From contig CANPWP010000005.1 of NCBI GenBank assembly GCA_947584595.1, positions 4,350 through 68,349 on the forward strand: 64,000 bases of DNA, written 5' to 3'. The DNA is from an uncultured Clostridia bacterium. Its GTDB lineage: Bacteria > Bacillota > Clostridia > Oscillospirales > Acutalibacteraceae. Both the position numbers and the translations under genes were made by a program. The notes under the pieces are model-generated. The model did not search any database, had not been told where the DNA came from, and saw nothing but the letters and a program-made list of their open reading frames with translations. Shown here piece after piece: positions 9,076-18,238 of this stretch; the stretch's first letter is position 1; each line of letters begins with the position of its first letter.

Positions 9076-11018
9076 AATTTTTTGATAAAATTAATAATAA
9101 AAATATAATGAAAAGCAAAAAGGTACATACTCAGAAAAATTACGATAAAAACTGTACTCCTCTGACTCATCGTACCCCTGCAAAGGTTGCGGCATTTATT
9201 CTTGTAATTATTATGTTAATGACGACCGCGGCCAGCGCTGCAGGTGCAATAATAATATCTCAGGAGAATTTGTACTCAATTTCCAAAACAGATTATATAC
9301 ACAATACCTATATTAGTTTAGTCCAAGAGGATATTGAGGAAATAGCGCAGTATTTAAAAAATGACCAGCTATTGTTTGCAGATAAATATTGTGCAGACAA
9401 AAATATTTACTCTATCCAAATATTAAACAGCGGCAACAAAAAAATTATATGGGAATTTAAAAACGACAGAGAGCCTGAAGGTGTAATTGAGATTAACTTT
9501 TCCTACGAGGGTTCCTATATAAATGATTATAATTTTATTGACGTAAAAGCTGAAATTTACGAAAAACCTATAATAGATGATAATTATATGTTTACACATA
9601 ACATTATTGATTTCTTATATACAATGCGTTACTGGGTTTATGTATTTGCAGTATTATCGTTTATTTGTGCCGCAGTATGCTTTGTATTTCTGATTTGTGC
9701 TTCAGGTCACAAAAAGGGATTTACTGAAGTAAAAGCAGGGTGGGGAACAAAAATCCCCTTTGATTTGCTTACCGCCTTATTTGTGTTTTTTCTGTTTAGC
9801 GTAACTGAAATTTTCTTTGGCGGCCATTATTATCTTACCAATACCGTTCATATTATTTTGTTCCTTATTATTTTTATCACAGTTATGTCATCAGTTACTT
9901 TAGGATGGTTTATGAGCCTTGCAGTTCGCATTAAATTAGGCAAATGGTGGGAAAATACTATTATTTACCGTATACTCAGATTATTGTGGAAAGGTGTAAA
10001 GGCTTTATTCAGCTTACTGAGCAAAATTCCCATTGTATGGAAAAGCTCATTAATTGTTGCGGGCATATGCTTTGCGGAACTTATTTTAATGTTGATATCG
10101 TGGAATGATTACGGAAGTATGATGAAGCTTTGGTTCTTTACAAGCATAGTTTCGGGAATAGCAGTAATATACTTTTCAGTTGTGCTTAAAAAGCTTCAAA
10201 AGGGCGGAGAGGCACTTGCAAACGGCGATTTAAGCTACCATATTGATACTACAAAGCTTCACGGAGATTTTAAAAAGCATGGAGAATGCCTTAATAATAT
10301 AGCGGCAGGAATGACTGTTGCCGTTGAAGAAAGGCTGAAAAGCGAACGCCTTAAAACAGAGCTTATAACAAATGTTTCCCACGATATAAAAACTCCGCTC
10401 ACGTCAATAATCAACTATACTGATTTAATCAGCAAAGAGCCTTGCAGTAATGAAAAAATCACGGAGTATTCTCAGGTGTTGTTAAGGCAGTCGGAACGCT
10501 TAAAAAGATTAATTGAGGATTTAGTAGAGGCGTCAAAAGCGTCAACGGGAAATTTAGAAGTTCTTTTAGCTCCGTGTGAAGCAAATATATTGCTGACTCA
10601 GGCGGTAGGTGAATATGAGGAAAAATTGAAAAATAAAAATCTTGAACTTATAACAAATCAGCCTGAAAATCCGATAATGATAATGGCTGACGGCAAAAGA
10701 CTGTGGAGAGTTTTCGACAACCTGATAAACAACATTTGTAAATACGCTCAAAGCTCCACAAGAGTATATTTATCGTTAGAAAATCAGGGTGACGAAGCGG
10801 TAATCACATTCAAAAATACATCTCACGCTCCGCTGAATGTATCAGCAGAGGAGCTTATGGAACGATTTGTACGAGGGGATTCCTCACGACATACCGAAGG
10901 CAGCGGACTCGGACTTTCAATTGCAAAAAGTCTTACTGAACTGCAAAAGGGTAATTTAGAAATAACTATTGACGGAGATTTGTTCAAAGTTACGCTTCGC
11001 TTTCCTGTTATTAATTAA
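9072..11018 (+). CDS. multi-TM sensor histidine kinase
   Basis: H-box NVSHDIKTPLTSI, N-box NLINNICKY, G-boxes FVRGD and GSGLGLSIA; 4-bp overlap with the regulator. Confidence 0.95.
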   Translation: MKFFDKINNKNIMKSKKVHTQKNYDKNCTPLTHRTPAKVAAFILVIIMLMTTAASAAGAIIISQENLYSISKTDYIHNTYISLVQEDIEEIAQYLKNDQLLFADKYCADKNIYSIQILNSGNKKIIWEFKNDREPEGVIEINFSYEGSYINDYNFIDVKAEIYEKPIIDDNYMFTHNIIDFLYTMRYWVYVFAVLSFICAAVCFVFLICASGHKKGFTEVKAGWGTKIPFDLLTALFVFFLFSVTEIFFGGHYYLTNTVHIILFLIIFITVMSSVTLGWFMSLAVRIKLGKWWENTIIYRILRLLWKGVKALFSLLSKIPIVWKSSLIVAGICFAELILMLISWNDYGSMMKLWFFTSIVSGIAVIYFSVVLKKLQKGGEALANGDLSYHIDTTKLHGDFKKHGECLNNIAAGMTVAVEERLKSERLKTELITNVSHDIKTPLTSIINYTDLISKEPCSNEKITEYSQVLLRQSERLKRLIEDLVEASKASTGNLEVLLAPCEANILLTQAVGEYEEKLKNKNLELITNQPENPIMIMADGKRLWRVFDNLINNICKYAQSSTRVYLSLENQGDEAVITFKNTSHAPLNVSAEELMERFVRGDSSRHTEGSGLGLSIAKSLTELQKGNLEITIDGDLFKVTLRFPVIN

Positions 11019-11023
11019 TATTA

Positions 11024-11065
11024 AACAAGGGACTGTATTTAAATATAGTTCCTTGTTGCTTTTTA
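11024..11065 (+). terminator. terminator after kinase gene
   Basis: AACAAGGGACTGTAT / ATATAGTTCCTTGTT stem then T-run. Confidence 0.75.
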
Positions 11066-11106
11066 TTTATATTTTCAGCTTATGATTTTAAGTTTTCACA
11101 GAAAAA

Positions 11107-11369
11107 GGCTCCCCCTGACGAGAGAGCTGTCAAAGCGTTATCTTTGACTGAGGGAGAGACAAGAATAACATAAAGTTAAAAAATAATATATAAATTTCAT
11201 TAATAATACTGCTTTAACTAAAACTTAAATAATCTTTTTAATTTATTATTTTAAAATCTCTCCCTCCGTCTGCGGCTTCGCCGCAGCCACCTTTTTCTGC
11301 GAAAACGGCAACCCTTTTGTCACTTCGTGACATATCCCCTTGTAGGGGAATTTCTCGTCATAGGGAGGC
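11107..11369. repeat. family A palindromic composite element (REPIN/MITE-like), with an extra ~60-nt module in the right arm
   Basis: Left arm differs at 3 of 53 nt from 51838-51890; right arm TCTCTCCCTCCGTCTGCGGCTTCGCCGCAGCCACCT matches 51943 onward; 97-nt AT spacer. Confidence 0.85.
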
Positions 11370-11611
11370 AATATGTCACTTAAATGTTTTACTTTATTTT
11401 ATCTCGCTTAAGTTTACGGCATTGCGTCAGAGTCAGCCAGATTTTTCACAAAGATTTTCTCATGTTTTTATTTTATAAAATACACTTATTTTGTAAACTA
11501 TATTTATTGCTTATTATACAAAAATTATATTCCTTTTATAGAACTATTGCCCATAGAGTTTTTAACGTATAAGTGATAAAATATATATATATTTATTTAG
11601 AAGGTGATTTC

Positions 11612-13630
11612 TTGAAATTAACTAAAATCTTTTCTGTGATACTTGCAATAATTATGTTGCTGAGTACCTGCATAATTGTAAATGCGGCAGAAACAAAAGA
11701 AGTAAAAACTGGCGCTGTTACTAATGCTACACAGCCTACTCTGTACGCTCACGGTGTCAGCGGCAACAGTGAAGAATCAGAAGCATGGCAGAAAATGCAA
11801 TGGAACAATATCAAGGGCTGCAACTATTTCTATCTGCCGTCCGGTGCGGGCAACGAATCAGTTGAAATATATAACAACAGTACCTCAGATATAACCATCG
11901 ACAGTACAAAGATTCCTGCAAACACAGCTGTTTTATTTAACTATAGCACAGATAAAACCTATCAGGTCAACATAAACGGAAAAACAAGTACCTTAAAGTT
12001 TATGAAATCTACTGCCGAAGCCGCCGTTTATCTGAACAATTTAAATGCAGACGGCAACGGAAAAGGTCTTTGGCAATACCTTACTGAAGATAAATCCAAT
12101 TCTGCTACTGCGACAGGTGCAATTGTAGGACAGGACGGTTCAGTTGACAATACAACCGTTAAGAAAATCAAAGGCAGAGGAAATACAACATGGTATGCAG
12201 ACAAAAAGCCTTTTAACATTACATATAATGAAAAAGTTTCAATTGGTGGAATGGAAAGCGGCAAAAAGTATTCTTTCCTTGCAAACTTCCAAGACGCTTC
12301 CCTTTCAAGAAACAGATTCTTATACGACCTTTCCGATGCGGTAGGTATGCCATATGCATCTGATTCACGCTATGTTGATTTTTATGTGGACGGCGAATAC
12401 AAGGGTTCATATCAGGCAGCGCAGAAAGTAGATACAGGTTCCGGAAATTTGCTTGGAAAAATTGACGAAGAACAAAGCTACTTAAATGAAGACGGTACAC
12501 TTGCAGATAACTTCGCATTTGTCTGCGAGATTGATGCAAGTGCAAGTAATGAGGATTACTTTTTCGACTCGGAAACAGGAAATAAAATTACATTAAAGGT
12601 TCCCGAATTATCTTCCGCCGACGCATACTATAATGAGGTTCTTGATATTGCCCGTGAAAAATTCGATGCTATGTTTTTTGCGGTTGAAGAAAATGCATCA
12701 AACCTTAATGACCTTATTGATATTGAATCGTTGGCTAAGCTTTACTTAATAAACGAATTAGGTAAAAACTGGGATTCAGGCGTATCAAGTACATTCTTTG
12801 TATACAAGCAGGATCAAGACGGCAACTGGAAGTTTTACGCATCTCCTGTATGGGATTACGATAACTCCTTAGGCAACGCAACAGGTGTTCAGGACGATCT
12901 GCGCCGTATGAAAGTCAGAGATTATACAAATCCTACCGGCTGGTGGTGCGAATATAAGGGCAAGGCATCCTACGGTGATAACATTTTGTCATATGCTGCA
13001 ACAAACCCACAGGTAATGGATACATCTAAAAAAGTTTGGACACAGAACTTTGTTCCAGCCCTTGAAAAATTTGCAGGCACAGGCGTTGATGAAGGCGAGC
13101 TGTACTCATCAGATGTTTACTACAGCTATATAAGCGATTCAGCAGATATGAACTATACACTTGGCTGGGCACTGTACACGGGTGGCTGGATTTGCGACCA
13201 TTCATCTTTAAACATATGCACTTATAATTATGAAACAAACACATTCACACAGTCAGAAACTGCGACAAAATATGATACATCTACCTTTAAAGGCGAATAT
13301 GATTATGCGGTTGACTGGATGATGAGTCGTGCGGCTTGGTTAAGCTCAGAATTATATGACCCATCCTATGTAATACATCCAACAGAAGAGATCTTAGTTG
13401 GTGATGTAGATTTTGACGGCGATATAAATGTTAAAGACGCTACATTAATTCAATTATATATAGCTAATCTCAGTACATTTAGCAATAATACGGCATTAGA
13501 CGCTGCCGATGTTGACAACAGCCTTGACGTAGATGTAAAGGATGCAACATATATTCAACTGTATTGTGCAAATATGGAAGCTGAAGGCAGCATTGTAGGT
13601 ACAACTAAACAGGTTTTAAATAATCAATAA
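11612..13630 (+). CDS. secreted CotH-family kinase with C-terminal type-I dockerin (copy 1)
   Basis: Signal peptide; KGRGNTTW, NELGKNWDS, WDYDNSLG CotH motifs; paired dockerin Ca-loops GDVDFDGDINVKDAT and ADVDNSLDVDVKDAT. TTG start at 11612 after SD GAAGGTGA. Confidence 0.85.
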   Translation: MKLTKIFSVILAIIMLLSTCIIVNAAETKEVKTGAVTNATQPTLYAHGVSGNSEESEAWQKMQWNNIKGCNYFYLPSGAGNESVEIYNNSTSDITIDSTKIPANTAVLFNYSTDKTYQVNINGKTSTLKFMKSTAEAAVYLNNLNADGNGKGLWQYLTEDKSNSATATGAIVGQDGSVDNTTVKKIKGRGNTTWYADKKPFNITYNEKVSIGGMESGKKYSFLANFQDASLSRNRFLYDLSDAVGMPYASDSRYVDFYVDGEYKGSYQAAQKVDTGSGNLLGKIDEEQSYLNEDGTLADNFAFVCEIDASASNEDYFFDSETGNKITLKVPELSSADAYYNEVLDIAREKFDAMFFAVEENASNLNDLIDIESLAKLYLINELGKNWDSGVSSTFFVYKQDQDGNWKFYASPVWDYDNSLGNATGVQDDLRRMKVRDYTNPTGWWCEYKGKASYGDNILSYAATNPQVMDTSKKVWTQNFVPALEKFAGTGVDEGELYSSDVYYSYISDSADMNYTLGWALYTGGWICDHSSLNICTYNYETNTFTQSETATKYDTSTFKGEYDYAVDWMMSRAAWLSSELYDPSYVIHPTEEILVGDVDFDGDINVKDATLIQLYIANLSTFSNNTALDAADVDNSLDVDVKDATYIQLYCANMEAEGSIVGTTKQVLNNQ

Positions 13631-13893
13631 TAACAATTGCAGTTATTTTAAACAACAAAAAGTTAAAAGCGTTTCAGCATACATCAGCAAACATAAAAAT
13701 TATTATATCAAAAAATTTTTCAGGAAGAACCTTTGGTGAAGGCTTTTCATTTTTGTCAAATTTTATTACATTATTGAGTAAATTATCGCTTATTGTATAA
13801 AAATAAACTTACATTTATAGAAATATTGACAATAGAGTTTTTTATTATTAAATGTTAAAATAAATATGTACATTTTAGTAGAAGGTGATTTAA

Positions 13894-16098
13894 TTGAAAC
13901 AAACAAAAATCATTTCTGTGATACTTGCAATAATTATGGTGCTAAGTACTTGTATAATTGCAAACGCAGCAGAATCAAAAGAAGTAATAACAGGCGCTAT
14001 TACAAATGCAAGGGAACTCACATTGTATGCTCACGGTGTCAGCGGCAATAGTGAGGAAACAGAAGCATGGCAGAAAATGCAGTGGAACAATACTCAAAAC
14101 TGCTATTATTTTTATCTGCCCTCAGGTGCAGATAATAAAACAGTTGAAATTTATAATAACACTACATCAACAGCAACCATAGGTAGTACATCCATACCTT
14201 CTGAAAAAGCAGTATCAGTAAGCTATGATACACATACGACCTATAATGTAAATTTTGCAGGTCAGCAACGTAAATTAAAATTCATGAAGTCTACAGCTGA
14301 GGCTGCTGTTTATATGAACAATTCAAATGCGAACGGCAACGGAACAGGTCTTTGGGAATACCTTTCACAGAACAAATCAAACTCTGCTACTGCAACGGGT
14401 GCTATTATCGGCAAAGACGGTTCCGTTGACAATACAACTATTAAAAAAATTAAAGGCAGAGGCAACACAACATGGGATAAAGCAAAAAAGCCTTTTAATG
14501 TTACATATAATGAAAAAGTTTCCATTGACGGAATGGAAAGCGGCAAAAAATATTCATTCCTTGCAAACTATCAGGACGGTTCTCTCTCAAGAAACAGATT
14601 TTTATATGACCTTTCCGATGCAGTAGGTATGCCTTATGCATCTGATTCACGCTATGTTGATTTTTATGTTGACGGCGAATACAAAGGTTCATATCAGGCT
14701 GCTCAGAAGGTAGACACCGGTAATGGCAATCTGCTTTCAGATATAGATGAAGAAGGTTATTTAAACGAGGATAAAGTTACAATGGCAAAAGACTTTGCTT
14801 TTGTTTGCGAGATTGATGCAAGTGCAGGCGACGAAGACTATACTTTCCGCTCATCTTCAGGAAACAATGTCACAATGAAGGTTCCCGAATTGTCAAGGGG
14901 AGACAAATATTATAATGATGTCCTTGACTACGCACAAAAAAAATTCGACGCTATGTTTGATGCAATTGCAAGTAACGCCTCAAACCTTAATGATATTATT
15001 GATGTCGATTCATTAGCAAAGCTTTATTTAATTAACGAGTTGGGCAAAAACTGGGATTCAGGCGTATCAAGTACTTTCTTTGCATATAAACAGGATGAAA
15101 ACGGCAATTGGAAGTTCTATGCTTCTCCTGTATGGGATTATGACAACTCTCTGGGCAACGCAACAGGTGTTCAGGATGACTTATGGCGAATGGGTGTTGA
15201 TGATTATACAGAACCTTCCGGCTGGTGGTGCGAATATAAAGGTATAGTTTCTCAAAATAACATAATTTCCAATGCTGTCAATAACAAGGACGTTCGTGCT
15301 GCTGTTCCGAAAGTTTGGTTTGAAAAATTTGTTCCTGCACTTAAAACATTTACAAGTACAGGTGTTTCTGATGGAGAGTTATATTCAAAAGATGTTTACT
15401 ATAACTACATAAGCGGTTCTGCTGATATGAACTATACAAGCGGTTGGGAGTTAATTACAGGAAGTTGGATCAGCAATCACTCTATGTTATATGTTTACAC
15501 TTATGATTATGATACTCACACACTTACAACTCCAACTAAGGCAACTGCTTATGATTCAAGTAACTTTGAAGGTGAGTTTAATTATACAGTTGATTGGATG
15601 TTGAGCCGTTCCGCTTGGTTAAGCGATCAATTTTATAATGGCTACACCCCATCTGAGTCGGTTCCTACAACTGTTCCTAAGACAGAGCCTACAACAGTAC
15701 CTAAGACAGAGCCTACAACAGTACCTAAGACAGAGCCTACAACAGTACCTAAGACAGAGCCTACAACAGCACCTAAGACAGAGCCGACAACAACACCTAA
15801 GACAGAGCCGACAACAACACCTAAGACAGAGCCGACAACGGATGAACCTTCAACGACTGAACCTCCCGTATTAGATGGTGTTATAATTGGTGATATAGAC
15901 TCTGATGAAGACATAAATGTTAAAGACGCTACATTAATTCAACTTTATTTAGCAAACTTAAACGTTTTTGGTCCTAAACAATTACTTGCCGCTGATGTTG
16001 ATAACAGCGGAGAAATAGATGTTAAGGACGCAACTTATATTCAGCTGTACTGTGCAAATTTGTTGTCTGAAAACTTTTTTATAGGCAGCAAAAAATAA
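13894..16098 (+). CDS. secreted CotH-family kinase with Pro/Thr linker and type-I dockerin (copy 2)
   Basis: Same motifs as copy 1; PTTxPKTE linker; dockerin GDIDSDEDINVKDAT / ADVDNSGEIDVKDAT; TTG start. Confidence 0.88.
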   Translation: MKQTKIISVILAIIMVLSTCIIANAAESKEVITGAITNARELTLYAHGVSGNSEETEAWQKMQWNNTQNCYYFYLPSGADNKTVEIYNNTTSTATIGSTSIPSEKAVSVSYDTHTTYNVNFAGQQRKLKFMKSTAEAAVYMNNSNANGNGTGLWEYLSQNKSNSATATGAIIGKDGSVDNTTIKKIKGRGNTTWDKAKKPFNVTYNEKVSIDGMESGKKYSFLANYQDGSLSRNRFLYDLSDAVGMPYASDSRYVDFYVDGEYKGSYQAAQKVDTGNGNLLSDIDEEGYLNEDKVTMAKDFAFVCEIDASAGDEDYTFRSSSGNNVTMKVPELSRGDKYYNDVLDYAQKKFDAMFDAIASNASNLNDIIDVDSLAKLYLINELGKNWDSGVSSTFFAYKQDENGNWKFYASPVWDYDNSLGNATGVQDDLWRMGVDDYTEPSGWWCEYKGIVSQNNIISNAVNNKDVRAAVPKVWFEKFVPALKTFTSTGVSDGELYSKDVYYNYISGSADMNYTSGWELITGSWISNHSMLYVYTYDYDTHTLTTPTKATAYDSSNFEGEFNYTVDWMLSRSAWLSDQFYNGYTPSESVPTTVPKTEPTTVPKTEPTTVPKTEPTTVPKTEPTTAPKTEPTTTPKTEPTTTPKTEPTTDEPSTTEPPVLDGVIIGDIDSDEDINVKDATLIQLYLANLNVFGPKQLLAADVDNSGEIDVKDATYIQLYCANLLSENFFIGSKK
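15664..15831 (+). repeat. in-frame 24-bp tandem repeat x7 (PTT[V/A/T]PKTE)
   Basis: Unit CC(T/G)ACAACAGTACCTAAGACAGAG read directly; seven units. Confidence 0.95.
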
Positions 16099-16142
16099 TT
16101 CACGTACATATATAAATACTTTTATCGGTTAATACAAATAAC

Positions 16143-16173
16143 AAAACCGCAGGACATAATGTTCTGCGGTTTT
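16143..16173 (+). terminator. terminator after CotH copy 2
   Basis: AAAACCGCAGGACA / TGTTCTGCGGTTTT stem. Confidence 0.85.
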
Positions 16174-16333
16174 ATATTTAAGATGAATATTACGTTGCTA
16201 TATTTCCTCAACTGTTATTTCTGTTTTTGGGATTTAACAATGCTCTCGCCCTTTAGTGGAGCCTTTTTCGGACAAATAAAGAATTTTGCCCTGCTTATAT
16301 CTTATATATATAAATAAAACATTAATATAATTC

Positions 16334-16357
16334 TGCGGACAACCGCAAGCGTCGTCC
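16334..16357 (-). repeat. degenerate GTAG-type REP copy
   Basis: TGCGGACAACCGCAAGCGTCGTCC matches 50129-50152 at 22 of 24 nt; the tag end is lost. Confidence 0.6.
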
Positions 16358-16504
16358 AAAAATATTTTATAAAATATTTTTTATAATACTGAAACCGTAT
16401 TGCCTCAATATACGATGTTAAATATTTCTCCAATTTTTCTTATATGGCTTTTATTTTACTTATACTGTGGTATAATTATTTAATAAAAACTATCAGGCGG
16501 TTTT

Positions 16505-18238
16505 ATGGTTAAATTATTTAAAAGATATTTAAAGGATTATAAATTTCAGCTTATTATCGGTCCGTTGTGTAAGCTGTTTGAGGCAATTTTAGAACTTATT
16601 GTGCCTCTTGTTATGGCAAACATTATTGATTTCGGCGTTGCAAATAAGGATACGGGATATATTCTTAAAATGGGTGGAGTTATGGTGCTTTTAGGCGTTA
16701 TCGGTCTTTGCAGTGCTCTTGTTTGCCAATACAGCGCATCCGTTGCCTCTCAGGGATGCGGAACAAAAATGAGGAACGATTTATTTAAGCATATTAATTC
16801 TCTTTCTCACAAAGAGCTTGACGAGCTTGGAACACCGTCTCTTATAACCAGAATGACAAACGACATCAACCAAATTCAAAATGCAATTGCTATGCTTATA
16901 AGGCTTGCTTTAAGAGCACCGTTTCTTGTAATAGGCGCAATGGTTATGGCTATGATTATAGACATTAAAATGTCTGTAATATTTTTTATTGCGGCGATTT
17001 TAATAGCGCTTGTGCTGTATTTAGTAATGACTAAAAGCGTTCCCTTTTTTAAGGCAATTCAAAAAAAGCTTGACAGGGTTTCTCTTATATCAAGAGAAAA
17101 TTTATCTGGCAACAGGGTTATTAGAGCATTTTCAAAGCAGGAACAGGAACAAAATAGATTTGAAGAAATTTCCGACGATTTATCTTATACTTCAATTAAG
17201 GTAGGCAAGCTGTCCGCCCTGTTATCTCCTGCCACATTTGCAGTCACAAATCTTGCCATTGTTATTATCGTATGGTTTGGCTCAAAGGGAGTAAATACAG
17301 GCAGAATTATGTCAGGCGACATTATTGCACTTGTAAACTATATGACCCAAATTTTACTTGCAATGGTAGTTGTAGCAAACCTTGTTGTACTTTTTACAAA
17401 GGCTTCTGCATCTGCACAGAGAATAAATCAGGTTTTTGAAACCGAAAGCTCTGTTAAAGAGAACGAAAACACAAAAATCACTCCCAATATAACCGCTCCT
17501 AAAATTGAATTTGATAATGTTAGTTTTTCTTATTCGGAGGGTGAAAATGCCCTTTCTAATATCACCTTTAAAATAAACAAGGGCGATACTGTCGGAATTA
17601 TCGGCAGAACGGGAAGCGGAAAATCAACATTAATAAACCTGATTCCCAGATTTTATGATGTAAAGAGCGGTAAGGTTTTATTTGACGGAGTAAATGTTAA
17701 GGATTATCCTTTTTCCGATTTACGCAGACAAATCGGAATTGTTCCCCAGCAGTCCGTTTTATTCAGCGGAACTGTAAGAGAAAATATGAAATGGCAGAAT
17801 TCCGATTCATCTGACGAGGATATTTTAAGGGCATTGGAAATTGCACAGGCAAAGGATTTTGTTCTTGAAAAGCCTTATGGTCTTGATGCACAAGTCGTTC
17901 AGGGAGGAAAAAACTTTTCAGGCGGACAGCGGCAAAGACTTTGCATAGCAAGGGCAATTGTATCTATGCCAAAGGTTTTAATTCTTGACGACAGCTTTTC
18001 CGCCCTTGATTTTGCAACTGACGCCGCTTTGAGAAAAGCATTAAAAGAGAAAACAGACAATATGACGGTTATAATAGTTTCTCAAAGATGTTCAACGATT
18101 AAAAACTCGGATTTAATTCTTGTTCTTGATGACGGAAAGCTTGCAGGCAAGGGCAAACACAGCGAGCTTCTTGAAAGCTGTTCGTTGTATAAGGAGATCT
18201 GCCTTTCACAGCTTGATAAAGAGGAGGTCCTTAAATAA
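16505..18238 (+). CDS. ABC exporter subunit (TMD+NBD), heterodimer partner 1
   Basis: Walker A GRTGSGKS, signature FSGGQRQ, degenerate Walker B ILDDSFS and SQR switch (non-canonical site). Confidence 0.93.
   Translation: MVKLFKRYLKDYKFQLIIGPLCKLFEAILELIVPLVMANIIDFGVANKDTGYILKMGGVMVLLGVIGLCSALVCQYSASVASQGCGTKMRNDLFKHINSLSHKELDELGTPSLITRMTNDINQIQNAIAMLIRLALRAPFLVIGAMVMAMIIDIKMSVIFFIAAILIALVLYLVMTKSVPFFKAIQKKLDRVSLISRENLSGNRVIRAFSKQEQEQNRFEEISDDLSYTSIKVGKLSALLSPATFAVTNLAIVIIVWFGSKGVNTGRIMSGDIIALVNYMTQILLAMVVVANLVVLFTKASASAQRINQVFETESSVKENENTKITPNITAPKIEFDNVSFSYSEGENALSNITFKINKGDTVGIIGRTGSGKSTLINLIPRFYDVKSGKVLFDGVNVKDYPFSDLRRQIGIVPQQSVLFSGTVRENMKWQNSDSSDEDILRALEIAQAKDFVLEKPYGLDAQVVQGGKNFSGGQRQRLCIARAIVSMPKVLILDDSFSALDFATDAALRKALKEKTDNMTVIIVSQRCSTIKNSDLILVLDDGKLAGKGKHSELLESCSLYKEICLSQLDKEEVLK

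Noticed and set aside
16230-16295. Two further decayed GTAG-REP-like remnants
   Set aside because: Similarity is too low to support by eye; only 16334-16357 was kept.
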